Positions 1 to 9,096 of a stretch of DNA of 64,000 nucleotides are shown one piece after another. A program made the position numbers and the translations under genes. Below the pieces are notes generated by a model. It saw only the letters and a program-made list of their open reading frames with translations, was not told where the DNA came from and did not search any database. Numbering within the stretch: the stretch's first letter is position 1; the number at the start of each line of letters is the position of its first letter. Origin of the DNA: Endomicrobiia bacterium (GTDB lineage Bacteria; Elusimicrobiota; Endomicrobiia; DTEH01); the NCBI GenBank assembly GCA_039630545.1, contig JBCNUU010000003.1, positions 1 to 64,000 on the forward strand. The letters run 5' to 3'.

Positions 1-1585
1 TCATTATGAGTTCAAACTTTTCAAATATATTGAGTTTAAGTTCTTCTATTCCTTGCTCATTAGCGTTAGAATCAGTATTTTTAACCATATCTGTCTGCGA
101 TCTATTTTCATCTGAAAATAGCTTCGTTATCTTTTTTTCAACATTTATTGCTTCATCTATAATACGCTTAGCATTTTCATTCTGGTTAAGATATTCTTGA
201 TTAACAAAATGCTTCAAAACTATAGACAGAACGGAAGTATTGTTAGATAAATTTTTAAGTTTGTTAATTTTTAAGTACAACTTAGTAATACGATTTACTA
301 TCTTGTCGATTTCTTGATTGTATATGTTATTACTTTTATTTTTTCCTGCTTCATTTAATACCAGGTTCAATGTATTTTTAATATCTTGTTTTTTAAGGCG
401 AAATAAAGCAGTACATAACTTAAACCTGCTTAAAAAATAAGGTAACACAATTTCTTTGTATACTTCATTTTCAATCTTGAATTTTGAAAACTCCGAAGTG
501 AAGAGAATCTCAAAATCGCTTGTTGTAAAATATCCTCGTAAAAAGTTTGCCACAGCATTCAACGTCTGCCATAACAAATCTGCCTTAAAGTACAGCTCTT
601 TCCTTATTATGATTTTTTCGTCTTGAACAATATTATTATAAAGCCCAACCAGAAATTCTAAAGTGGATATAACCATATCATTGTCTGTTACAACACATAT
701 TTCAGTATTCCCCTGCTGACTGCAAAGTTCTCTTATTTTGCGGATTATCCATTGTATTTCATCAACTACCGTTATACCTGAAAAAAATTCTATTTTATTT
801 GTTTTTTTAATCTGTTTAATTAAGGAATAAATTTTCCTAAGATTTTTTTCGATAATATTAGAGTTATCATTGCTATTATGCGTGTATACAATAACACGTT
901 CAATAAAATTAACTTCTTTAAAGTTAGAACGGAAATGCTCTCGTATTTTCTTAACAAAACTGCCATACATTTGTGGTAAACAATTAAGGTTTTCACATAT
1001 ACAATGTGTGTAGTTTTCAAGATATTTTTCATAATCATCGAATTTATCTACAACTTCATGAAAACACTTTATACGGTCAACAGGCTGTTTTTCAAGATAA
1101 ATGTTAAGAACATCTTTAAAATCTTTATGATTCAGGTTCTCAATCTGGTAAGAAGCTTTCTCATTAAAATTATACTCAATATATTCATGCATAAGCCTTG
1201 CAATTTTTCTACCGGTAACATAGATTTTATTTCGTCTTCTATAATTGTCAAGCAAGCTGGAGATGCTGGATGTTTTCTGATCTTTATTCACTATATTGCT
1301 ATAAATGGAAATAATGTACATCTCCCACCAGTTCAACGGTAAATCTAAAATTTCACTAATACTAATATTTTCTTTATTTTCTTTATTTTCTTTGTTTTCT
1401 TTATTTCCGTACAACAGAATCACAAAATCTTCAATCTGTTTTATGTCAACTTTTTCCTTTTCATCTTCATTTAGTTTACTTCTTAATTGTTGAGCTCTAT
1501 AGCGCGAAGGAACAAGTACAAGAATTTTGCCGTTAGTTGTATTTCTTATAACTTCAACTGTATTAATACTTGTATTTTCGTCCAT
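1..1585 (-). CDS. Large protein, 3'-truncated by the window edge (>528 aa); RecC/AddB-like inactive-helicase N-terminal region
   Basis: Absent from the ORF track. Manual translation from ATG at 1585 (MDENTSINTVEV...) is stop-free to base 2. Segments KILVLVPSRYRAQQLRSKL and IEFFSGITVVDEIQWIIRKIREL...EICVVT resemble RecC/AddB motifs. The ORF is solid; the family call is tentative. Confidence 0.6.
   Translation of the reverse strand, partial: MDENTSINTVEVIRNTTNGKILVLVPSRYRAQQLRSKLNEDEKEKVDIKQIEDFVILLYGNKENKENKENKENISISEILDLPLNWWEMYIISIYSNIVNKDQKTSSISSLLDNYRRRNKIYVTGRKIARLMHEYIEYNFNEKASYQIENLNHKDFKDVLNIYLEKQPVDRIKCFHEVVDKFDDYEKYLENYTHCICENLNCLPQMYGSFVKKIREHFRSNFKEVNFIERVIVYTHNSNDNSNIIEKNLRKIYSLIKQIKKTNKIEFFSGITVVDEIQWIIRKIRELCSQQGNTEICVVTDNDMVISTLEFLVGLYNNIVQDEKIIIRKELYFKADLLWQTLNAVANFLRGYFTTSDFEILFTSEFSKFKIENEVYKEIVLPYFLSRFKLCTALFRLKKQDIKNTLNLVLNEAGKNKSNNIYNQEIDKIVNRITKLYLKINKLKNLSNNTSVLSIVLKHFVNQEYLNQNENAKRIIDEAINVEKKITKLFSDENRSQTDMVKNTDSNANEQGIEELKLNIFEKFELIM
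1367..1405. repeat. 9-bp tandem repeat (ATTTTCTTT x4, one variant unit) encoding NKE x4
   Basis: Read directly; in frame within the 1..1585 ORF. Confidence 0.85.
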
Positions 1586-1609
1586 GGTTGATATCTTATG
1601 GAAACCTTC

Positions 1610-2722
1610 TTACTGTTTAGTTAAAATGTTATTAAACAGATTCCCATCTATCTTTTTGATTTTCTCACAAAGTATTTTGCTGTTCTGTATCCTGTCCGCC
1701 ACCATTGTGTAAAGAGCTGGATTTAGGCGTTGAAGCACTTCCACTAATTTTTCTATATAATTGTCTTTGTTTCCATCGTTATTTTCTACCGCTGTGATCA
1801 CAAAATCAACAATTTCTTGAAGGACAGCTAGTTTTTCACTAATTTTCTGAACTATCTTCCCGGGATCCATATATATAATTTCTATAATCTCCCGGATACC
1901 AAAATAAGCTTTACAAAACTCATCAGCTATTCTTTTGCCAAGTATACTGCAAGACAAAATTGTTACCATATTTTCATCTACTTTACCATTTTGTTTTTTA
2001 CATTCTTCCTCTAACTTTATTAACATTTTTGAAAGTATCTCCCAGCCACGCGGTGTTGCGATCTGTTGTGCGTTTTCCTGCTGTAGTCCTTGGGTGTCAA
2101 GTAAGTGGTCAATACTATCTTTCTCTTCTAAAAACCTGATTATAGCTGGATGAATTTGATTGTTTTTAGCCCAGTCGAGCCATTGTTTCAAGCTAGGACT
2201 GAGCCTAACTTGCATAAACCTTGTCTTAACAGCTTTTGAAAGCTCTTCAACATAGGTCCCATCTTCCTTACCATAGTTTCCAGCCGCAACTATCATTGTA
2301 TCTTTAGGCAGTTCATATTCTTCTACTCGTTTGTTCAGTATTACATCAAGTGCTGAGTTTAACACCTGTGGTGATGCAGTGTTTATCTCATCAAAGAAAA
2401 AAAGTATACGTTTGCCGCTGGTTCTGCCTCTGAGGAACTGTGGCCGTACAAAGACAGTGTATTCCTCGTTGTTGTCAATTTTTGTTTTTGGAATTCCTAA
2501 CCAATCAGTAGGTTCTGTCCTTGAGAGAAATCTGATGCGTAAATCCATGTCTTTATCGTTAGCAAAAGTTGTCACTATCTGTGTCTTACCAATACCAGGG
2601 GGACCAAAAATAAGCAATGATGGCGGATTGTCCATGCTATAAAGTAGTTCTAAAACTTTTCTTAATGTCTCATAATCTACCTCTGGAATAGTATCCCACT
2701 TTTCTCCTAAAATCAGTGGCAT
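1610..2722 (-). CDS. MoxR-like / AAA_5 AAA+ ATPase
   Basis: Walker A GPPGIGKT, Walker B FFFDEIN, AAGN sensor, TRF arginine finger, TPRGW; GGAGG RBS. Confidence 0.9.
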   Translation of the reverse strand: MPLILGEKWDTIPEVDYETLRKVLELLYSMDNPPSLLIFGPPGIGKTQIVTTFANDKDMDLRIRFLSRTEPTDWLGIPKTKIDNNEEYTVFVRPQFLRGRTSGKRILFFFDEINTASPQVLNSALDVILNKRVEEYELPKDTMIVAAGNYGKEDGTYVEELSKAVKTRFMQVRLSPSLKQWLDWAKNNQIHPAIIRFLEEKDSIDHLLDTQGLQQENAQQIATPRGWEILSKMLIKLEEECKKQNGKVDENMVTILSCSILGKRIADEFCKAYFGIREIIEIIYMDPGKIVQKISEKLAVLQEIVDFVITAVENNDGNKDNYIEKLVEVLQRLNPALYTMVADRIQNSKILCEKIKKIDGNLFNNILTKQ

Positions 2723-2754
2723 TGTATTTTTACCCTCCTATTGTAAAAGTATTT

Positions 2755-4572
2755 TCATTCAGGATATACCTGTATTACCTCGCCACGAGGAACTTCAGGT
2801 TCTTTCATTTGCATCAAATAACTGCCACCAAGACGCAACCACAAAAGGCGACCTTCAAAAATACTGTATTTGTAATCTTTAAGAAAATCTAATTCCACAT
2901 CAAAATCTGTTATAAAAATAGTAAGATCAGGTATTCTTTTGCCAGGTTCTATTTTATACCATTCATTGAGTATCCGTGTAAACACATCTTTGTAGTCAGT
3001 GCCACCTCCGTGGCAAAATTCTTGATTCTTACGGAGTTCATCAATACTTTTAAATTTTCTAAACTCGCCTATCATTTTGTCATCCACTTCAGCTGCGTAG
3101 ATCTGTCCTTGAGACCTTCCTAAAAGATTGATTTTTGCAATTTCCATAAAGGTCACATATATGGTATTTACGATTTCACCTATAGTTCCGCGTTCGTAGT
3201 AGGAATGCATACTACCTGATACATCAAATACTATCAATACACTGCCTGGCTTTAATTTTCTTTTAACACCCGGAACCAAACCCGGCAGACGACGATTTAC
3301 CTTTTTCCATGTATATGTTACAAGATGAGAACTTATCATAGGTATGTAGCGTCTTAATTTATTTTTCCAGTCATAATACTTGTTCTGGTGGATAGACACA
3401 AGGAGTTTATCCAGTTTTGTTTGTCCACCACGACATCTGTTAAGTAAACTATCAATGAAACTGTTCGTAGCGGATTCTTGTGGTATTTGAGAAGTTTGAG
3501 TTTCTTCATCTCGTTGTGGTAACTCGTTTGTTTCAGTTCCTTCATATTCTTGTTGTTTTGTCTGTCCACTTTCATTACTAATGGAGCTTGAATCTAAATC
3601 GTGTTCCTGGTTGGCTTCCACTTCTGAGTCGCTACCATATTCCTGTGTTTCCTCCTTAGTAGCTTCCTGTGTACTTTTGTCCTGTTTATCACCACGAGTA
3701 GTTTGTCTATTTGAACCGTGTTGCTGTTCAGTTTCACCTTCTGATGTATCATCTTCTTCCTCTGAGTCACCACCACGTTTTCCTACTTCGTCCTTAGTAG
3801 CTTCCTGTGTGCCTCTCTGTTGTTTATCACCGTTAGAAGATTGTCTATTTGAGTCATATTGATGTTCAGTCTTACCTTTTAAGATATCACCTTTACCTTC
3901 TGCCCATATGTGATTATCAATCAATCTTGCAGACTGGATTATTTTTTCCTGTTCTTCTTGAGGCAACTCAAGCATTCTGTTGAGAATATAAATATCAGAA
4001 AAGTTTAACACATAATTTTGATTGTTATAATCTACGCTGAATTGTTGCCCATTTAATGTTTTCAGATTCTCTAAAGACAGTAATTCTTTCCAGTTACGCC
4101 AGGGGGCTACATCGTTGTCTGTATAAGCACTGATAAAGTTATCTATAATAATATCAGCAGCATAATTGTATAACTTATTTTCCATAGCTGTATTAAATCT
4201 ACGTCTGAAATGCTTAAGTACAATATGTAACATCTCGTGAAGCAAAATTTTAGCAAGGAAATGATAGCCAGTATCTTTATTTTCATTATTTTCATCAAAA
4301 TTCTTTCTATCCAGGAAATATGAAACCAGAGAGGGGTTAAGAAGTAATACTGGAATACCTGTTTTATGATTTATTGCCACGGCAGCTGTCGGAACATAGC
4401 TGTCTGAATGTTCACAATTTATAAAAAAATCGTATACTGATGGATATTCTCTCTTAAGAAATTTTAGAAAGTAACGGTCGTTTAAGATAAGGTCAAAAGC
4501 AGAGTTTCTACCTTCTCCTGTTTGGCTGTCCTCTATTTGCTTTATTCTCTGCAAATGTTCGTCTATGTTCAT
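2755..4572 (-). CDS. Metallopeptidase (HEXXH) + vWA domain protein (DUF2201-like)
   Basis: HEMLH...N.AAD..I zincin motif; acidic low-complexity linker; MIDAS DVSGS, GGGTD and FITD; adjacent to the AAA ATPase. Confidence 0.88.
   Translation of the reverse strand: MNIDEHLQRIKQIEDSQTGEGRNSAFDLILNDRYFLKFLKREYPSVYDFFINCEHSDSYVPTAAVAINHKTGIPVLLLNPSLVSYFLDRKNFDENNENKDTGYHFLAKILLHEMLHIVLKHFRRRFNTAMENKLYNYAADIIIDNFISAYTDNDVAPWRNWKELLSLENLKTLNGQQFSVDYNNQNYVLNFSDIYILNRMLELPQEEQEKIIQSARLIDNHIWAEGKGDILKGKTEHQYDSNRQSSNGDKQQRGTQEATKDEVGKRGGDSEEEDDTSEGETEQQHGSNRQTTRGDKQDKSTQEATKEETQEYGSDSEVEANQEHDLDSSSISNESGQTKQQEYEGTETNELPQRDEETQTSQIPQESATNSFIDSLLNRCRGGQTKLDKLLVSIHQNKYYDWKNKLRRYIPMISSHLVTYTWKKVNRRLPGLVPGVKRKLKPGSVLIVFDVSGSMHSYYERGTIGEIVNTIYVTFMEIAKINLLGRSQGQIYAAEVDDKMIGEFRKFKSIDELRKNQEFCHGGGTDYKDVFTRILNEWYKIEPGKRIPDLTIFITDFDVELDFLKDYKYSIFEGRLLWLRLGGSYLMQMKEPEVPRGEVIQVYPE
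3622..3878. repeat. Imperfect 138-bp (46-aa) tandem duplication in the peptidase-vWA linker
   Basis: TCCTTAGTAGCTTCCTGTGT occurs at 3653 and 3791. Peptide units are GKTEHQYDSNRQSSNGDKQQRGTQEATK and GETEQQHGSNRQTTRGDKQDKSTQEATK. Confidence 0.85.
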
Positions 4573-5837
4573 AAGTTTCGTCTTTGGTATAAATTACCAC
4601 ACCGTGACATAAATGTTTCTAACGCTACTTTAGTGTACGACTTCAGTAAAAACCAGCAAAAAACAAATTCTCTTGAACTAAACAAAGATTCATTATTATC
4701 TATATTTTGATTTTGTTGTAATCTTTCAATGGAAGTTTTGACTATATTGTTAAAGTTACCTCTGAATGTTTCATTTGAGTAGATCTTTCGTATCTCATCC
4801 ACAAATCTTTCCTCTATTATGTCTGGATGAACAGCATCCAGCCAGCCAGATATCATATTATAGCTTACTGTAATCACTGCAGGGCTAATATTGTTGTTGC
4901 TTAAACCTTCAAAAAATCTTTGAAGATGGTTAATATTCCCATTGTGCATCTGTTGAACAAAAACCGAAATTTCTTCATCTTCTTCACCTCTTTTAAGCTG
5001 CTGTACTACTTTTTCAACAATTTCATATAACTGTTGTTGAGTTAGTTTTCTTCTTAACAGACCGAGTACTCCGTCCAGGTAATATAACACTTCACGATTT
5101 CTTCCCAACGCAGTGTAAAGCCTGCAGTCAGTAAAAATTTGATAAAATTTTTCAATATCTTGCTGTCTATCTGACAAAAGCAGTAAATTAAAATATCCTC
5201 CTGAAAGTAGTGCTCTTCGTAAACGGTCAGGATGTAGTAAATTTTCTATGCTATCATAAAAAGATGAAACCTCATCCGCTGTCAGAGATATTTTACCTGA
5301 GGACAACATGTTTATCAAACGTTCAAATCTTTCTGCTTCAAAGAAGACACCGCCATCAAATTGATTCCACAAGTCATTTAGCCTTATTTCGCCTGAAGGT
5401 AGATTATAACTGTGTTCATTATGTTCTCTGGAATCAGTACGAAGATTCTCACTCCACAACCTACTGCAGCAAAATTCTTCCGCTATTTTATCATTTGCGT
5501 TGACTAAATCTCTCAAAGATTCAATTAATTGGTAGTAATACTGGTTCTTACCTGACGTTCTATCACTAAACATACCTATAGTTGAGCTAACAAGAATGTC
5601 AACAGCATCAATAAAATTTCTTATATCATACTGCCCACCAGTAAACCATCTGTAAACTCTTTCAAGCACAACAACATACCATAGAAACGCTGAAGTGAAA
5701 AACTCCTGTGGATGATTTAATATAACATCAGGAACTGGCATATTGTGGTCAACAATTGAATCTCTAAAATTTTCCCATCTCCGCCATAGGTTAGAAAATT
5801 GATTATAGTTATTCACATTCAAAGGTAGTTCTTTCAT
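4569..5837 (-). CDS. Hypothetical protein (422 aa, probably alpha-helical)
   Basis: Long ORF with ATGA overlaps to both neighbours; no recognised motif. Confidence 0.8.
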   Translation of the reverse strand: MKELPLNVNNYNQFSNLWRRWENFRDSIVDHNMPVPDVILNHPQEFFTSAFLWYVVVLERVYRWFTGGQYDIRNFIDAVDILVSSTIGMFSDRTSGKNQYYYQLIESLRDLVNANDKIAEEFCCSRLWSENLRTDSREHNEHSYNLPSGEIRLNDLWNQFDGGVFFEAERFERLINMLSSGKISLTADEVSSFYDSIENLLHPDRLRRALLSGGYFNLLLLSDRQQDIEKFYQIFTDCRLYTALGRNREVLYYLDGVLGLLRRKLTQQQLYEIVEKVVQQLKRGEEDEEISVFVQQMHNGNINHLQRFFEGLSNNNISPAVITVSYNMISGWLDAVHPDIIEERFVDEIRKIYSNETFRGNFNNIVKTSIERLQQNQNIDNNESLFSSREFVFCWFLLKSYTKVALETFMSRCGNLYQRRNL

Positions 5838-6510
5838 AAATTAAACTTATTGTTTTTCCATTTCTGATAATAAGCGCGTGAGGGATGTGAAATAATAACG
5901 ACTCTCGGATTTTGTAAATACAATACCTGATTTTGGTTAATCACCTTAATGTGTTTGAAATTCCCTATTTGACTAATCACAACTGCTTCCTCCACATCTA
6001 ATCCAGCTGCGATAATAGTTTTAGGTTTCAAATGGTCAATCTTTTTTACCAAAATATTTGATACAGAAACCTACCGCACTTTTAACAATTTTTTCATCAT
6101 TTTTCGCATAGCATTTAACAAGATGCGTCCAGTAAAAACCTGCTTACAGGATTTTGTCTGGTGTTTGCAAGATAAGTCATGAACTCTTTCCATAAATTAT
6201 TATCAACCAGAAAATCACAAAAAAAGTTACCTAAACACTGTCTTTTAGGTGGATTCCAAGAAAGCACTACTTTAGTTGCTGAATTGTGTTTTTGTATAAT
6301 CTCTTCACATTCTATGTTAGGGTCACGAGAAACAAACATATATTTCACTTGATTTTTGCTTTTCAAATGCAGTTTTTTTCTATAAAAACACAAAGAATAC
6401 TCAGAACCGACCAAGGAACAATTCCTGCATACTTCTAAAGTGTTTAAGTCAACCTTTACACCTTCTGACCGATTTGTTATCTCTTCAAGCTCTTTTAATA
6501 TTTTGTTCAT
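5834..6510 (-). pseudogene. Uracil-DNA glycosylase superfamily gene split by two +1 frameshifts
   Basis: Frame 1 CRNCSL...YMFVSRDP; frame 2 FYWTHLVKC...FCIKY; frame 3 IDHLKPKTIIAAG...ISHPS. The shifts lie in A runs at 6134-6138 and 6051-6054. Confidence 0.8.
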
Positions 6511-6535
6511 GTTTAACCTCTGTAGAGCTTAAATT

Positions 6536-7357
6536 TCACAACAACTCCTCCATAGATTTTACAACGATATCCAGATTACTTTCATAAGGAATAGCGACTA
6601 TGTATGCTGATTTTATACCAAACAGGCTGTTGTAGTGTTTAAACTCGTCAAGCTGTTGATTTATTTCTTCTTGCTTTTTATAGACAAAAATTTTTGCAAC
6701 TTCGCCTGTGTTAAACACAAAATCATAAGTATAATCTGCCACTTTTTGAGATTTATAAAGAACTGGGTAGCTTACAGAATAAAAATCTAAACCATTAAGT
6801 CTGAGTTCTACACCAATTGAGTTTATATAAATATCCATCGCATCTTTACCGGAATATAAAAATTCTAACCCAAGATAATCCAGCACTTCTTTTGTAGCAT
6901 ACTTCAACAGTTCTTCGGTTGAAACCTTGTCTCGTTTGGTTTCGGTCCGTGAGGTTTCTTTCTTTACTTCTCTGTCGGGCCTTTGTACCTCTTCAACTTC
7001 AGCAGTTTTCAACTTCTGGTTAAAATTCAGAACCACACCACTTTTTATATTCATTGAAGCAAGGTATATCTCCGCCTGTCTTAAATGGTGTTTTTCAATT
7101 TTTGAAACAGATTTCATTTCTACAAGAAATTCTTCCTTGCTGCCACTCCACAAAGGATAAAGAATACAATCAGGTCTGCGAAAACCTACAGAGAAGCCCT
7201 TATATATAATTTCTATATTTCTTTGTCTTTCATAAGGTATATTGCATAACCGCAATTCATGAGCAAAGGCTTCCTCATATGTAGTTTCTCTATAGTAAGG
7301 TCCTAATTCCTTCATTACTTCGTTACCGAGCCGTTTTATAGTTTCAATGTCTATCAT
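6536..7357 (-). CDS. GxxExxY (PD-(D/E)XK nuclease fold) protein with two tandem domains
   Basis: LGPYYRETTYEEAFAHEL...RPD...VEMK in the first domain; second degenerate copy LGLEF...YINSIGVEL...YDF. Start moved to ATG 7357, which follows AAGGAG. Confidence 0.85.
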   Translation of the reverse strand: MIDIETIKRLGNEVMKELGPYYRETTYEEAFAHELRLCNIPYERQRNIEIIYKGFSVGFRRPDCILYPLWSGSKEEFLVEMKSVSKIEKHHLRQAEIYLASMNIKSGVVLNFNQKLKTAEVEEVQRPDREVKKETSRTETKRDKVSTEELLKYATKEVLDYLGLEFLYSGKDAMDIYINSIGVELRLNGLDFYSVSYPVLYKSQKVADYTYDFVFNTGEVAKIFVYKKQEEINQQLDEFKHYNSLFGIKSAYIVAIPYESNLDIVVKSMEELL

Positions 7358-7740
7358 AAATTCAAAAACTCCTTCTCTTAATAGAAGTTTTTTGTTAAAC
7401 AACAATACAACTTAAAAACTATTGACGAATTTTGACTTCAAAAAACTACCTTTTGTAGAAATCTCACACATAAAAGATCTGTTTTCTTATTGACTTTAAC
7501 ATGTAGTATAAATTATACTTCATTTCTGCTTTATTTTTCAATAAATAAAAATAAATATCTTTTCTAAATAAAAACCTAATATTTTGTTAATATTGGTTTA
7601 TTTGCTAAAAGGCTTTCTAATATAATAATACCAAACAAGAAGGGTTTCTTTCATAGTAAAATTTTTTATTAAAAGCCGGTATTTTTCTAATAGGAAAGGT
7701 TGACAAAATTTACCGGATTTTGTAATTTACTCCTCAAGCT

Positions 7741-8316
7741 ATGGGGAGATATGTAGAAATAGTAATTAAACTCTGTAAAAATGAAATTGATGAAAAGTCA
7801 TTTAATTGTTTCCTTAAAGAAATAATAGCAATGTTTTGCAAATATGCAGAGATAAAAATCCTTGACAGCTATGCAGAAGCTTTATGTTGTAAAGCTTTAG
7901 ATACACTACTGTCAAAATTAGAAGAGTTTGCTTTAAAAGCCGAAAATGACACAAACTTTGATAGATGGTTTTTTATATGGCTTTCAAGAACTGTAAGAAA
8001 TTATGCATACAAGTACAAGAGAATAAAAAATCAAGAAGAAATACTGGAATCAGAACTATATAGATCTGATGCCGAAGATAATGCTGAAATAATATTTGTA
8101 GATAAAACTGATGATGTTTTTTCTAAAATTTCAAGTGAAGAATTTATACAAAAGTTTTATTCTTCACTTGATGAAACAGAAAAGCAAGTCGTCAAACTTA
8201 AGTTACAAGGGCTAAAGCAAAAAGAGATTGCAGAAAAAATCAACAAAAGTGAACCCACGGTGTGCAGAATAATAAAGTCAATAACTGAAAAGTTAAAAAA
8301 GCTACTTGAGAAATAA
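7741..8316 (+). CDS. ECF-type sigma-70 factor
   Basis: Region-2-like F..WL.R..RN and region-4 HTH (LQGLKQKEIAEKINKSEPTVCR). Confidence 0.75.
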   Translation: MGRYVEIVIKLCKNEIDEKSFNCFLKEIIAMFCKYAEIKILDSYAEALCCKALDTLLSKLEEFALKAENDTNFDRWFFIWLSRTVRNYAYKYKRIKNQEEILESELYRSDAEDNAEIIFVDKTDDVFSKISSEEFIQKFYSSLDETEKQVVKLKLQGLKQKEIAEKINKSEPTVCRIIKSITEKLKKLLEK

Positions 8317-8346
8317 AAAATTTATTTTGCAAAAAGGATTAAGTGA

Positions 8347-9084
8347 ATGAATAGAAATCAAAAAAGTGAAAAAAATAGTATTCACATTAACAATCTTCTT
8401 AAAATAATGTTTGATGAACATGACCTTAAAAAAACAAAAGATTGTCCTGAATTAGATGTTTTAATAGATTATTATCTGGATATATTACCACCTTATAAGA
8501 AAAATAAACTTACACAACATATCTCATCTTGTGATTACTGTAGAGAAGAAATTGAACTTATGAATGAAGATGAAAAATTTAAAAATTCTTTTACTGAACA
8601 GGAACTTGAGCAATATAACCAGATAGCACAGAAATTTACCATGGAAATACTACAAAGAAAAATAAAACACAAAATTAAAATATCCACAGGAAAAAATGTT
8701 ATTGAAGTGTTAAAAGAAAGCTTTTTATTTAAACCTATCTACGATATCAAATCTTTCATGAAATCTTTAAATAAAGCTTTACCAGCATTTGCTTTTATCT
8801 CCACCAAGCAGGAATACTTACTGCGCCAGACTGAAATTAAAGGGGTAAAGATGACATTAAAACTTACCTTAGATGAAAATCAAAACCTGCGTGTAGATCT
8901 TTTGTTTACAAAAGATCTTGTGCCAGTTGATGGTGTTGTAGTTACTATTAATAAAGAACAAAAGTTTCATTCACAGAACGGAGTGGTTACATTTACCCTG
9001 ACCCCGGCAAATGAGTATGATATTGAAATTTCTCTACCTGACAACACAAGTTTTGACTTTGTGCTGGATGTGGTTGAGCATTGA
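8347..9084 (+). CDS. Zinc-finger (zf-HC2) anti-sigma-like protein with C-terminal beta-rich domain
   Basis: CP...HISSCDYC (HxxxCxxC) motif; directly follows the ECF sigma; no obvious TM helix. Confidence 0.75.
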   Translation: MNRNQKSEKNSIHINNLLKIMFDEHDLKKTKDCPELDVLIDYYLDILPPYKKNKLTQHISSCDYCREEIELMNEDEKFKNSFTEQELEQYNQIAQKFTMEILQRKIKHKIKISTGKNVIEVLKESFLFKPIYDIKSFMKSLNKALPAFAFISTKQEYLLRQTEIKGVKMTLKLTLDENQNLRVDLLFTKDLVPVDGVVVTINKEQKFHSQNGVVTFTLTPANEYDIEISLPDNTSFDFVLDVVEH

Positions 9085-9096
9085 AAGTATAACTAT

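Noticed and set aside
6..1712. Short track ORFs 6..200, 820..1038, 1004..1342, 1305..1493, 1527..1712
   Set aside because: Shadows of the long minus-strand ORF 1..1585 and the ATPase gene.
3622..3878. Repeated 20-mers as a possible CRISPR array
   Set aside because: Only two copies, in-frame 138-bp period, homologous intervening sequence, and no cas genes.
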